The notes under the pieces: model-generated
Database searches by the model: none
Told to the model about the DNA's origin: nothing
The model's input: the letters and a program-made list of their open reading frames with translations, nothing else
Part shown: piece after piece, positions 9,750-20,768 of the stretch
Layout: every line of letters starts with the position of its first letter
Numbering within the stretch: the stretch's first letter is position 1
Program-made: the position numbers and the translations under genes
DNA from: an uncultured Gemmatimonadales bacterium
GTDB lineage: Bacteria; Gemmatimonadota; Gemmatimonadetes; Gemmatimonadales; GWC2-71-9
Direction of reading: 5' to 3'
DNA: 64,000 nucleotides
NCBI GenBank assembly: GCA_963730185.1
Contig: CAVSQW010000008.1
Coordinates: forward strand, 160,001-224,000

Positions 9750-10445
9750 CTAGCCCACCGCGCCGAAGAGCCGGCCCACCAGCGCGGTCGCGCCCATGGC
9801 AACGGCGCCCCAGAAGGTGACTCGGGCGGCGCCGACCATGACCGAAGCCCCACCCAACCGGCCCGCGACGCCGCCCAGGACCGCCAGGAGGACCAGCGAG
9901 CTGCCCATGACGACGGCACTGAGGCTGGCGGCGTGCCACGTGCCGGCGAGGATGAGGGGTGGCGCGGCGCCGAGCGCAAAGGCGGCGGCCGACGAGAGCG
10001 CCGCCTGGAGTGGGCGCGCCCGAGTCGCCGCGTTCTGGCCGAGCTCGTCCCGGGCATGGGCCCCGAGCGCATCGTGGCCGGCGAGCTGGCGGGCGACCTG
10101 GTCCGCCAACTCCGGGCTGAGGCCCCGAGCCACGTAGATGCCGGCCAGCTCCCGGTGCTCCGCCTCGGGCGAGGCGGCGAGCTCCTGCCGCTCCCGGTTC
10201 AGGTCGGCCCGTTCCGTGTCGGACTGCGAGCTGACCGAGACGTATTCGCCGGCGGCCATCGACAGGGCGCCGGCCACCAGCCCGGCCAGGGCGGCCACCA
10301 GCACCGCCCCCGGAGCCGGGTTGGCCGAGGCCACGCCCACCACCAAGCTGCTGGTGGAGATCAACCCGTCGTTGGCGCCGAGCACGGCGGCCCGGAGCCA
10401 GCCGACGTGCTCCGTGTAGTGCCGTTCAGCGGGGGGCATGGCCAC
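9750..10445 (-). CDS. VIT1/CCC1 family Fe/Mn transporter
   Basis: WLRAAVLGANDG, GALSMAAGEYVSVSSQ motifs. Confidence 0.92.
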   Translation of the reverse strand: MAMPPAERHYTEHVGWLRAAVLGANDGLISTSSLVVGVASANPAPGAVLVAALAGLVAGALSMAAGEYVSVSSQSDTERADLNRERQELAASPEAEHRELAGIYVARGLSPELADQVARQLAGHDALGAHARDELGQNAATRARPLQAALSSAAAFALGAAPPLILAGTWHAASLSAVVMGSSLVLLAVLGGVAGRLGGASVMVGAARVTFWGAVAMGATALVGRLFGAVG

Positions 10446-10457
10446 TCGCGTCAGGGG

Positions 10458-12424
<1,967 letters not shown>

Positions 12425-12477
12425 GGGGTCCCTCGTTTCGTGAGGCGCGGGTGGCCGCGGCCGAATGGGCCGGTCGG

Positions 12478-13332
12478 TCAGTCCGCGCGAAAGTGAACCG
12501 GGTCACGCAAACTCTGCAGCTCCCGGTAGAAATACAGGGCCGTCGGTTGCTTCCGCCGGAGGGGAAGCTTCCGGAGAAACTCGAGCTCCTCTTCGGTCGC
12601 GGTGCCGGAGAGGTCCGGATCGGCGAGGAACTGCCGAAACCCGGGCTGGTCGGCCACCGGCTTCGAGGGCCGTTCGACGATCTCGAACCGGCGCACCGGC
12701 TCGTCGGCGGCGCGATGGTCGAGCACGACGTCGAGCGCGAAGGTCGCGAGGTCGACGTCCCAGGACGCGATCAGCGGATCGAGGAACGAGACGCAGCTGT
12801 CCTTGGAGAGGTCGAAGACGTCGGCGTCGAGAAACTCGAGCGCGCTGACCCGGACCTCTTCGTAGCTCCGCCGGGCCACCTTGGCGATGCGGCGGATCCC
12901 GGCCGGATGCTCGAGCTCCCGGTGGGCCACGTCCTTGACCACGTCCACCAGCTTCTGGGTCACCAGCCGTTCCAGCTCGCCGAACGACTGCTGCTCGAAG
13001 ATTGCTCGGATCTCGGGCTCCTTGGCCGGGTTGCACTTTGCCAGCACGAGGGCCCGCACCTCTTCGAACAGCGGCGGGAGGCCGCCTTCGACGTAGCGCT
13101 TCAGGTGCTTGGCGCGCTCGAGCCGGGCCAGCCGGGCCAGCTCCCCCAGCGGCAGCTTCAGGAACCTGTCCATCTTCTCGTAGATGTCGGTCCGTTCCGG
13201 GTCGGGCGGATGCTTCTTGCGGCGGAGGAGTTGGGACACGTACGACTCGGTGACCCGAGCGGCTCGCGCCAGCTCCCGCTGTTCCAAACCCAGGTCGTCG
13301 AGCCGCTGGCGGATCGCGAACGACACATCCAC
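12478..13332 (-). CDS. XRE-family HTH transcriptional regulator with long C-terminal domain
   Basis: N-terminal QRELARAARVTESYVSQL helix-turn-helix; GTG start at 13332 with GGAGG upstream. Confidence 0.8.
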   Translation of the reverse strand: MDVSFAIRQRLDDLGLEQRELARAARVTESYVSQLLRRKKHPPDPERTDIYEKMDRFLKLPLGELARLARLERAKHLKRYVEGGLPPLFEEVRALVLAKCNPAKEPEIRAIFEQQSFGELERLVTQKLVDVVKDVAHRELEHPAGIRRIAKVARRSYEEVRVSALEFLDADVFDLSKDSCVSFLDPLIASWDVDLATFALDVVLDHRAADEPVRRFEIVERPSKPVADQPGFRQFLADPDLSGTATEEELEFLRKLPLRRKQPTALYFYRELQSLRDPVHFRAD

Positions 13333-13451
13333 GGTCCATCGCCTCCCTGGTTGAATACTAAAGGTAAGTACGCACCACATGATCAATCCAACTGAACAAT
13401 AATAGTTAAGTGGAGACGTCCCAACAAGTCCGTCCGTGTCTCATCCCTATT

Positions 13452-13496
13452 TCCATCCGACGATCGATGGCGTCCGGCGCCTGCTGGCGCGACTAT
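13452..13496 (+). promoter_or_regulatory. Regulon box plus -10 upstream of the DUF892 gene
   Basis: TCCATCCGACGATCGA (13452-13467), 23 bp, GACTAT. Confidence 0.6.
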
Positions 13497-13546
13497 TGGT
13501 CATCGGATCGTCGCTAACCCGGGGGAGTACAGTGAGAGTCCATGCC

Positions 13547-14017
13547 ATGCCTCGTCCCCAGCGCGCGAGCCCGCTTCCCGATCCATTGCTGAATCATTTT
13601 CACCGGATCCATGCGTCGGAAGCGCGACTGGCCCTGGAGCTGGACGTTCTGTTCCGGCGGACCCGCTGGCTCCCCTTGCGGCTGGCGCTGTCGGACCAAC
13701 GGAAGGAAACCAAGCGCCACGTCGATCGGATTGCCGCGCTGCTGCCCGCCGGGAGCGATGGGATCGGGCTGGACCGGGTGGTGGCGCCCGTGGTCGGGCC
13801 CGACTCGGACCGGTGGGCGCCGCTGTCGGCTGCGGCGGTCGTCGCCGACCTCCTTCAGGCCGCCCGCGCGGCCCTGAGTCTCTATGGAGCGGCCCTCGCC
13901 GCCGCCACCGAGCGGGGCCTGGAGCACGTGGTCCGTCTTCTGACCAGCTCGTTGACTGAAGAGACCGAGACGGAGCAGCGGTTGGCCGCCCTGGCGGCCG
14001 AGGTCCCGCCCGAATAG
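13547..14017 (+). CDS. Divergent DUF892/YciE-YciF ferritin-like protein
   Basis: I.A.E..L..L ... ET..HV.RI ... YG ... L..SL.EE..T...L..LA pattern. Confidence 0.6.
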   Translation: MPRPQRASPLPDPLLNHFHRIHASEARLALELDVLFRRTRWLPLRLALSDQRKETKRHVDRIAALLPAGSDGIGLDRVVAPVVGPDSDRWAPLSAAAVVADLLQAARAALSLYGAALAAATERGLEHVVRLLTSSLTEETETEQRLAALAAEVPPE

Positions 14018-14134
14018 GCGAACGGCCCGAACGATCCGTTCCTTTCTTTGCGGAGCGTTCGCTCTCCGCCGTCCATCCGACCTCCCCGGTCGGTGGGCGG
14101 CGGGGCCGTCGCCTTGTCGGTGGTCACCGGACCA

Positions 14135-14179
14135 TCCATCCATCGAGCGATACCTGCTCGCCGATGGCGAGGCTACGGT
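14135..14179 (+). promoter_or_regulatory. Regulon box plus -10 upstream of the Dps remnant
   Basis: TCCATCCATCGAGCGA (14135-14150), 23 bp, TACGGT. Confidence 0.65.
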
Positions 14180-14220
14180 TAGGGTCCTTCACCGGCGATA
14201 CCCAGATCGGAGTCCTGACC

Positions 14221-14458
14221 ATGACCAGCACCTCCATCACCCGAGCCTGAACCAGCGCTTGGTGGATACCCTGACGCTGCGCGATCTCTATCAGATGCAC
14301 CACACCCAGGAGTCATCCTGGAGGAGGCCCGGACCATGGCCCGTGACACCGCGGCCTGCAGCGACCTCGTCGCCAACGACCTGATCGTGCCTGATCTCAC
14401 CCGGCTTGACGAGCGGCCGATCTGGTTCCTGATCGAACTCATCCAGGGGGCCGCATGA
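14221..14458 (+). pseudogene. dps: Dps family remnant, internally deleted and frameshifted
   Basis: One frame reads SLNQRLVDTLTLRDLYQMHH (Dps helix A-like); another reads VILEEARTMARDTAACSDLVANDLIVPDLTRLDERPIWFLIELI (Dps helices C/D-like); GGAG RBS before ATG 14221. Confidence 0.6.
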
Positions 14459-14676
14459 GCGCCAAGAAGAGGCTGGACGCCCAGCCGAGCCGGCACGCGG
14501 ACGGGGCGACGACTCGCGCCGAGACCCCGGAGCTCGAGGGTCGAATCCCGCTGCCCGAGGAGATCACCGGACGCGCTAGCGGAAGCGGCGAGGATCTGGT
14601 GGCCCTGTTCGACGACCAATCCGCCGCCCACGTCGCCGACGGCTTCCGGGGCGGTAGCGGGGATGTTCCCCGCTGA
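14455..14676 (+). CDS. Small acidic hypothetical protein
   Basis: ATGA coupling to the Dps remnant stop; 73 aa. Confidence 0.4.
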   Translation: MSAKKRLDAQPSRHADGATTRAETPELEGRIPLPEEITGRASGSGEDLVALFDDQSAAHVADGFRGGSGDVPR

Positions 14677-14722
14677 CGAAGGGTACACCGCGTCATGAAG
14701 GATCCTTCCTGCCGACGTTACG

Positions 14723-14751
14723 TTGGCTTATATAGCGCTGTCGTATATCCT
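14723..14751 (+). promoter_or_regulatory. Putative sigma70 promoter of the first NarL regulator
   Basis: TTGGCT-17 bp-TATCCT in an AT-rich patch. Confidence 0.45.
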
Positions 14752-14849
14752 CATAGTGAGGGGCGACGAAGGCCGGTGTACGGACATCGACCCGAAACGC
14801 AGCCAGGGTTCCGGGCGCCATCGGGCTCCGCAGACGGCCGAGGGCGAGT

Positions 14850-15530
14850 ATGGCGACACCTCGAGCGAAGTCTCCGGCGGATCGGAATCATCCGGTGTCG
14901 ATCGTGCTGATCGAAGACAACCGGCTGGTCAGGGAGGGGCTGGCTCGGTTGCTCCGTGATCAAGGGGATTTCGAGATCCTCGCCTGCGCGGCCGATCCGG
15001 AAGAGGCCTTGCAGAAAACCCGCGAGGCCAAGCCCCAGGTGGTACTGCTGGACGTCGCCCTCGACGACCGCGAGGGTTTCGACGTCCTGGCCGCGATCCA
15101 CCGACAGGCGCCCGAGGCGAAAGTCATCGTCATGGGGCTCTCTTCCTTCGCCGGGCATGTGGCGGACTTGGTGCGGGCCGGCGCGGCCGGCTTTCTGATG
15201 AAGGACGCGTCGCTTGAGGCGTTCCTGAGCACCGTCCGCGCGGTCGTCGACGGCACCGCCGTGTTGCCGTCCGAGCTGACCGGAACGTTGTTCACCGAAA
15301 TCGCCAACCAAGTCGAGCAACGGGACTCGGCGAGCGCGCTCGACGGGGTGCGGCTCACCCCGCGGGAACGCGAGGTCGTCGACATGATCGGCGCCGGTCT
15401 CAGCAACCAGGAAATCGCCAGCCGCCTTGGCATCGCGATCCACACCGTCAAGAGTCACGTCCACAACGTCCTCGAGAAGCTGTCGCTGCGGAGCCGGCTC
15501 GAAGTGGCTGCCTTCACCCGCCGGACGTAG
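14850..15530 (+). CDS. NarL/LuxR family response regulator
   Basis: REC domain (IEDN, LLD, K) plus LTPREREV...G.SNQEIA..L.IAIHTVKSHVHNVLEKL. Confidence 0.93.
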   Translation: MATPRAKSPADRNHPVSIVLIEDNRLVREGLARLLRDQGDFEILACAADPEEALQKTREAKPQVVLLDVALDDREGFDVLAAIHRQAPEAKVIVMGLSSFAGHVADLVRAGAAGFLMKDASLEAFLSTVRAVVDGTAVLPSELTGTLFTEIANQVEQRDSASALDGVRLTPREREVVDMIGAGLSNQEIASRLGIAIHTVKSHVHNVLEKLSLRSRLEVAAFTRRT

Positions 15531-15569
15531 CTCGCCCAGGGCTGAGTCGATTCTCACTGGCTGGCGATC

Positions 15570-15637
15570 CGGCTCGTCCGAGCGAGGTGGCGGTCGCTCG
15601 GAGGAGCGATTGTCGTCGCCCGGGATCGGGATAGACT
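15570..15637 (+). promoter_or_regulatory. Tandem regulon boxes plus -35/-10 upstream of the DUF3185-like gene
   Basis: CGGCTCGTCCGAGCGA (15570-85) and TCGCTCGGAGGAGCGA (15594-609), then TTGTCG-16 bp-TAGACT. Confidence 0.65.
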
Positions 15638-15696
15638 TGGGGCGAGGCCGGGAAAGACCTCGGTCAGCGGAGCCGGACATCCGGCGGGAGACGATT

Positions 15697-15912
15697 ATGC
15701 GTGCTTTGATCATCGGTGGCGTTGCCGTGGCCTGTATCGGAGCCTTCGTGTTCATTCGCGGCGCGAGCTTCACGTCCCACCGCAATGTTCTTCAAGTTGG
15801 AGACGTCAAGGTCACCGCCACCGAGCAACGGGCGATTCCGGCCTGGGCCGGCGTCCTGGGGTTCGTGGTGGGCGCTGGCATGGTGGTGGTTGGCATCCGG
15901 CGTCGGGCCTGA
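15697..15912 (+). CDS. Small two-TM membrane protein (DUF3185-like)
   Basis: TM-loop(VLQVGDVKVTATEQRAIP)-TM-basic tail; GGGAG RBS. Confidence 0.7.
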   Translation: MRALIIGGVAVACIGAFVFIRGASFTSHRNVLQVGDVKVTATEQRAIPAWAGVLGFVVGAGMVVVGIRRRA

Positions 15913-15919
15913 GCCCGCC

Positions 15920-17992
15920 TCATCGCCCGAGGGGCCATCGGCGTTGGACGCCGATGCTGAGCGCCGACCGGCGATCGGTGAGCCCCGTCGCCAGATCGAT
16001 CCGGAGCACGCCCAGCTGCCCGTCGGCGAGCCCAAAGCGAAGACCCGCCCCTCCGTCGAGATAGAACCGGTCGCCGACCGTCTGGTCCGCCGGCCCGATG
16101 ACCTCGGCCCCGTCGAGGAACAGCCCGGCGGCCACCACCAGCGGTCCGAGGCGGGAGACCGGGTGGTCACCGGCGATTCCCCCATGGATGATCGCCCGAC
16201 CGGCGTTCCGGCCCGCGAGGAGTCCGCCGCTGGCGGCCGGATGGGCTCGGAGGGGAATGGCCCAGGCGAGGTTCGAGCCGGCGATCGGCCAGGTCCCGAG
16301 CGGGGCATCGGGACTGGCCCAGTCGGCGCCGAGCCGAGCGGACCAGGCGGGGCGACCCAAGCCGAGTCCGGAGGCCCAGCTTCCACCGGCGGCGGCGCGG
16401 GTATAGGAAGGGTGGCTGTTCAGGGCGACAGCCCGTTCACTCGTCGCGGTCAGCGTGAGGCGATCGCCTCGGGCGTGGAGCTCGGCCCCGAGCGAGATCG
16501 CCAGGTAGCTGCGATCCGCCGACCATCGGTCGAGTCGCAGAGCGGCCGACGGACGGACCCCGGCGGCCACCCAGCCGCCGAAGCCGACCACCGTCGAGCG
16601 CCGGGTCTCTTCGTGGGTCGTGAGGTTCGCGCGATCCAGCGTGAAGCGAAAACGCTCCCAGCCGCTCTCGAGCCGGACGACGCCCGGGAACCCAAGGTCC
16701 GCGGGCATGTCCAGTCGGAAGACCGCCCGCTGCCGGGCCGACTCCCACCGCCAGCTCGCGCTCAAGAGCTCGCCGGCTCCGGTCGGCGTGGCGACGTCGA
16801 GCCCCACCTCGTGCTGTGCTAGGGCCCGGACCACTCCCGTGAGTGCCAGCCGCCACGCCGGCCCGACGGTCGGTCGCTCGTCGACCGCCGCTCGGACCTC
16901 GACGAGGCCGCCCTGAACCGCCCGGTACTCCACTCCCGATCCGCGGAGCGCCGGGATCTCGGCCAGCCGTCGCCGGGCGAGGGCCAGCCGGGAAGGCGAC
17001 AGCACCGTGCCGTGCGGGACCGAGATCGCCGCGGCGAGGGTCCGGAACCGGATCTTCCGCGTGCCGTCGATTCGGAGGAGGTCCACCGTTGGGCGGTCGA
17101 TCCGGTTCCAGGCTTCGAGCGCGCCGTCCAGATCGCCGGTCAGGTACCGGCTGCTGGCCAGAAGCTGCCAGCCGAGTCCGTCTTCCGGCGCGAGCGCGAC
17201 GTACTCGCGGGCCAACTGGATCGCCTCGGCGTAGCGCCGCTGCTTGAACCGGATACCGGCCAGCTCGCGGGTCACCAACGGCTCGGCGGGGCAGGCCCGA
17301 CCGGCTGCTCGGAGCAGCTGCGCGGCCTCGTCCAGCTGACCGGCGGCGGCGGTGTCGAGCGCCTGATCGAGCCAGGGTGGACAGGGTATCACCTCGGCCG
17401 GAGCGGGGTCCGGGCGGGTAACGGGTTGGGTGGCGGCGGCCGCCGGTTCCGGCCGGACCGCCAGCGCCCACCGATGGGCTCCGGTCCACCGGGTGAGGAA
17501 CCTGGCCTCGGTGGTGGTGGTGAACGGGGCGCCGGCCGGGTCATGGAAGACGACGTGGTCGTCGCTCCAACGGACCAGGACGACGTAGTGGTATCGGGCT
17601 CGGCCGACCTGAATCAGGGCGATGACGGGAACGCCGTCCCGGAGGGTGGCTTGCACCACCTCCGACGTGCCGGTGAGCACCCGGGCATCCCAGCCGCGCG
17701 TGCGGGCCGCCGCCGCGAGGTCGGTGGTACGGATGCCGCCCTCGTCCGGCCGGACCAGGGCGGCGAACTCCTGGGCGTACACGCCGCGCCGCCCCCACCA
17801 CCGCTCGACCATCGCCAGGGCGGCGCCCCCGCAGAGCAGGACCGATTGGGGAAGGTACGGCACGTCGAGCACGGCCGGGGTCGAGCCCGGGTGGGGACTT
17901 CCCGACGCCAACGACTGGGCCGGCAGCGAGGTGCTGCCGAGCCCAGCCGCCAGGCACAGACCCGTCGTGAGCAGCCGGCCGATGGGACGCAC
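15920..17992 (-). CDS. C39-like cysteine peptidase fused to TPR, POTRA-like and predicted beta-barrel domains
   Basis: Signal peptide; LDVPYLPQ..LCGGAALAMV, HYVVLV, FHDP (Q-C-H-D); TPR helices; POTRA-like IDG..K.R...ARRRL...VEVRAAVDERP; amphipathic Gly/Trp-rich beta strands to the C terminus. Confidence 0.75.
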   Translation of the reverse strand: MRPIGRLLTTGLCLAAGLGSTSLPAQSLASGSPHPGSTPAVLDVPYLPQSVLLCGGAALAMVERWWGRRGVYAQEFAALVRPDEGGIRTTDLAAAARTRGWDARVLTGTSEVVQATLRDGVPVIALIQVGRARYHYVVLVRWSDDHVVFHDPAGAPFTTTTEARFLTRWTGAHRWALAVRPEPAAAATQPVTRPDPAPAEVIPCPPWLDQALDTAAAGQLDEAAQLLRAAGRACPAEPLVTRELAGIRFKQRRYAEAIQLAREYVALAPEDGLGWQLLASSRYLTGDLDGALEAWNRIDRPTVDLLRIDGTRKIRFRTLAAAISVPHGTVLSPSRLALARRRLAEIPALRGSGVEYRAVQGGLVEVRAAVDERPTVGPAWRLALTGVVRALAQHEVGLDVATPTGAGELLSASWRWESARQRAVFRLDMPADLGFPGVVRLESGWERFRFTLDRANLTTHEETRRSTVVGFGGWVAAGVRPSAALRLDRWSADRSYLAISLGAELHARGDRLTLTATSERAVALNSHPSYTRAAAGGSWASGLGLGRPAWSARLGADWASPDAPLGTWPIAGSNLAWAIPLRAHPAASGGLLAGRNAGRAIIHGGIAGDHPVSRLGPLVVAAGLFLDGAEVIGPADQTVGDRFYLDGGAGLRFGLADGQLGVLRIDLATGLTDRRSALSIGVQRRWPLGR

Positions 17993-18016
17993 CGGTTGGC
18001 CCCGGCGGGGGGCTTG

Positions 18017-18388
18017 CTACTTGACCAGCAGGATGATGATCAGCAGGGCGATGATGAGGGCCGTCGCGCTGATCACGATCTTCTCGTCGCCGCCCGCGAG
18101 GACGGGGTCACCCACGCCGGTCTGTTGGGCCAGCTGGTCGAGCGAGGCCTCGTCGAGGGTGCCGACCCGGGCCGACAGCTCGGCCGGGTTGACCCCCATG
18201 CGGGCGGCCGCGGCCTGGGCCTGATCCGTCGCGAGGAACTGACGAACCGCGTCCCGATTTCCCACAGGACGCGCCGCGACGGCGGCGTCGAGGTCCGCAC
18301 CGGAAACCGCGCTCCTACTCTGGGCGAGCAGGGGAGCGGTGAGGCCGAGCGTGACGACGGCCAGGGACAGCGTGATCTGTTTCAGCAT
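18017..18388 (-). CDS. PA2779-like secreted precursor with double-glycine site and hydrophobic C-terminal peptide
   Basis: Signal peptide, helical core R..VRQFL...MGVNP..LSARV.TL....L.QLA, then LAGG followed by DEKIVISATALIIALLIIILLVK; GAGGAG RBS. Confidence 0.78.
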   Translation of the reverse strand: MLKQITLSLAVVTLGLTAPLLAQSRSAVSGADLDAAVAARPVGNRDAVRQFLATDQAQAAAARMGVNPAELSARVGTLDEASLDQLAQQTGVGDPVLAGGDEKIVISATALIIALLIIILLVK

Positions 18389-18440
18389 GCGGACTCCTCA
18401 AGAGTGCGGGGTGCGAACCCCAGCTACAGTCAGAGTGAGA

Positions 18441-18485
18441 ACTGTACCGGGGATGGGGGGCGTCGCCAATCGATCATTCGGCCGG
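18441..18485 (-). promoter_or_regulatory. Regulon box plus -10 upstream of the PA2779-like gene
   Basis: Minus strand CCGGCCGAATGATCGA (18485-18470), 23 bp, TACAGT. Confidence 0.6.
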
Positions 18486-18549
18486 ATTTCGGTGTAGCTC
18501 GAAAGGACCAGTCCCTGCTGGTCCGGGACCCGCCGGAGCGAGTCGGGAG

Positions 18550-18594
18550 TGGCTCGCATGATCGATGGCGCCGACCCGCGAGCGGCCCTAGGCT
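18550..18594 (+). promoter_or_regulatory. Regulon box plus -10 upstream of the OmpA-family gene
   Basis: TGGCTCGCATGATCGA (18550-65), 23 bp, TAGGCT. Confidence 0.65.
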
Positions 18595-18650
18595 TCCCGG
18601 GGCGGCCACCACGTCGGGGCTCGCCATACCAAACCGGGGTCGGAGGTCGT

Positions 18651-19316
18651 ATGCAAAGGATCCAAAGCTGGGTTCGGGCTGGTCTCGTCGTCACCGTCAT
18701 CGGGGCCGTCGGGCTCGCCGGCTGTGCCACCAAGATGCAGACGGGCGCGGTCGTCGGCACCGCCGGGGGCGCCGTTGTCGGCGGTGTGATCGGCAAGGTG
18801 GCGGGGTCCACGGCGAAGGGCGCCATCATCGGGGCCGTGGTGGGCGGCGCCGCCGGCGCCATCATCGGGTCGCAGATGGACAAGCAGGCCCGGGAGCTCG
18901 AGCAGAACATCGAGGGCGCCACGGTGGAGCGCGTCGGCGAAGGTATCCAGGTGACCTTTGCCTCGGGCTTGCTCTACGATTTCGATTCGGATGCCATTCG
19001 TCCCGAGGCTGGCGTCAACCTGCGCGCGCTGGCCGCCAGTCTGGACCGGTATCCCAACACGGATCTGGTGATCATCGGTCACACCGACCAGCTCGGTTCG
19101 TCGGCCTACAACCAGAGCCTCTCGGAACGGCGGGCCACCTCGGCGGCCAGCTACCTCATGGCCCAGGGGGTCAACGGGGGCCGGATCATCACCCGCGGCC
19201 TCGGTGAATCCGAGCCCAAGGCCAGCAACGAGACCGAGGCCGGGCGGCAGGCGAACCGGCGGGTGGAGGTGGCGATCTATGCCAGCAGGGCCTATCGACA
19301 GAGCCTAACGAAGTGA
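18651..19316 (+). CDS. OmpA family lipoprotein with glycine zipper (YiaD-like)
   Basis: Lipobox LAGC, Gly zipper, GHTD, N..LSERRA, NRRVE. Confidence 0.92.
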   Translation: MQRIQSWVRAGLVVTVIGAVGLAGCATKMQTGAVVGTAGGAVVGGVIGKVAGSTAKGAIIGAVVGGAAGAIIGSQMDKQARELEQNIEGATVERVGEGIQVTFASGLLYDFDSDAIRPEAGVNLRALAASLDRYPNTDLVIIGHTDQLGSSAYNQSLSERRATSAASYLMAQGVNGGRIITRGLGESEPKASNETEAGRQANRRVEVAIYASRAYRQSLTK

Positions 19317-19357
19317 CCTGGCGGGGGACCAACCGGCGGGGCCGGGCCGCTCGAAGG

Positions 19358-19402
19358 TCGCTCGAACGAGCGATTGTGGAGCGCCGTCCGGCAGCCGAGC
19401 TT
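19358..19402 (+). promoter_or_regulatory. Regulon box plus -10 upstream of PEP-CTERM gene 1
   Basis: Near-perfect palindrome TCGCTCGAACGAGCGA (19358-73), 23 bp, GAGCTT. Confidence 0.65.
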
Positions 19403-19463
19403 TGCCTCAGACGCCGACCAGTCTTCGAGGTAGTCCGGCGGTTCCTCTAGTGGGGGGTGCGAC

Positions 19464-19820
19464 ATGAAGATCTCCAATAGCGTGACGTGGCTGATCGCGT
19501 CCGCCGTGATGGCCGGGCCGCTCTCGGCGCAGGGCCGCCCGGGTGAGGCGATCTCCCGGACGACGGACCCCGTCCCGGTGGCGGCCCAGGGTGCCCTCGA
19601 TCGGCCGGCCACGCTCGGTCGAGACCGGCCGGCCCTCCAGTCGGAGCTCGATCGGACGCCCGACCAGCCCGGCTCGGCTGACCGGGAGGGTGAGTTCGAG
19701 CCAGATCCGGGGTGGAGCACGGTCCCCGAGCCCGCCACCATGGTGCTGCTGGCTACGGGCCTCGGCCTTCTCGCCGCCGTCCCGATCGGTCGGCGGCTCC
19801 GGGCCCGCCGGCAGGGCTGA
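19464..19820 (+). CDS. Small PEP-CTERM sorting-domain protein
   Basis: Signal peptide; C-terminal VPEPATMVLLATGL-TM-RRLRARR. Confidence 0.8.
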   Translation: MKISNSVTWLIASAVMAGPLSAQGRPGEAISRTTDPVPVAAQGALDRPATLGRDRPALQSELDRTPDQPGSADREGEFEPDPGWSTVPEPATMVLLATGLGLLAAVPIGRRLRARRQG

Positions 19821-19920
19821 ACGGCGGCCAGCAGGATGACCGGATGCAGGCGGACGCCTGGTCCGGCGAACAGCAGATACGAGCGGGGTTGGCTGACCCG
19901 CCTACGAAGGAGACGGATCA

Positions 19921-20289
19921 ATGTCGGAGAATCGCGGAGTCGCGCAGAGCGAGCCATCCACTGAGGCCGACCAGGGTGGGGTGCCGGACGTCGATGGGCG
20001 CCCGGTGCGGGCGGCGACGATGGGACGCCGGCTGGTCGATGCGGTCGATCGGGGACGGGAAGGGGTGGCGAAGCAGATCGACGGTGCGGCCCTTCGGGCC
20101 GGGCAGGTTTCCGGGGTGGCGGATCGCACCGCCGACCGGCTGGGGTCCGCGGCCAAGTACGTCCGGGACCATGACACGCGCGACCTGATGGATCAGCTGG
20201 TGGGCCTGGTGCGGTCCCATCCCGGCAAATCCCTTCTGGCGGTCGCCGCGCTCGGTTTCGTGACCGGCCGGGTGTTGCGCCGAACCTGA
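19921..20289 (+). CDS. ElaB/YqjD/DUF883-like tail-anchored protein
   Basis: C-terminal VRSHPGKSLLAVAALGFVTGRVLRR. Confidence 0.7.
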   Translation: MSENRGVAQSEPSTEADQGGVPDVDGRPVRAATMGRRLVDAVDRGREGVAKQIDGAALRAGQVSGVADRTADRLGSAAKYVRDHDTRDLMDQLVGLVRSHPGKSLLAVAALGFVTGRVLRRT

Positions 20290-20303
20290 CCGCGGAGTCG
20301 GCG

Positions 20304-20768
20304 ATGCCCCCCGGCGAACGCCCGGTCGCGGAAGTCCTGACCGGCATCGCCGGGAACCTCCAGGCCATCGCGCGGGGGGAAGCTGCGCTGGCCATTGCCC
20401 AGGCCTTCGAGCGGGCCCGGCGGGCATCGCTCGCCCTCGGCTTGCTCGGCGTCGGGGTGGTCTTGGTGGTCGTGGCCTTCGGCGCGGCGCTGGTCGGGGT
20501 CGTGGCCCTGCTCTCCGAGACCATGGCGTTCTGGCAAGCGACGAGCCTGGTCGGCCTGGTCGCCCTCGGCTTCGGCGGAGCGGTCATCATCGGGGGCCTG
20601 GCCCGACTTCGTCGTTCCCGAGAGACGGCCTCCGCCCTCACCACCCTGGAACCGACGGCCGGCCATGGAAACGAACTCCCGCACCATCGAGCAGGCGCTC
20701 TTCGCGGAACGGGAAGCCCTGGGGCACAACGTCGCGGAGCTCGAGCAGCGGACCCAAGCCGCGGTTAG
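20304..20768 (+). CDS. YqjE-like (phage holin superfamily III-like) membrane protein
   Basis: ERPVAEVL..I...LQ.I.RGE..LA followed by two TM segments; position after the DUF883-like gene. Confidence 0.65.
   Translation: MPPGERPVAEVLTGIAGNLQAIARGEAALAIAQAFERARRASLALGLLGVGVVLVVVAFGAALVGVVALLSETMAFWQATSLVGLVALGFGGAVIIGGLARLRRSRETASALTTLEPTAGHGNELPHHRAGALRGTGSPGAQRRGARAADPSRG

Noticed and set aside
18425..18446. TACAGT-N10-ACTGTA inverted repeat as a separate operator
   Set aside because: The arms are only 6 bp, one arm is the predicted -10 of the PA2779-like promoter, and I saw no second copy.
20304..20768. Holin as evidence of a prophage
   Set aside because: The context is the yqjD/E/K-like stress trio; there are no phage structural, lysis or integrase genes.
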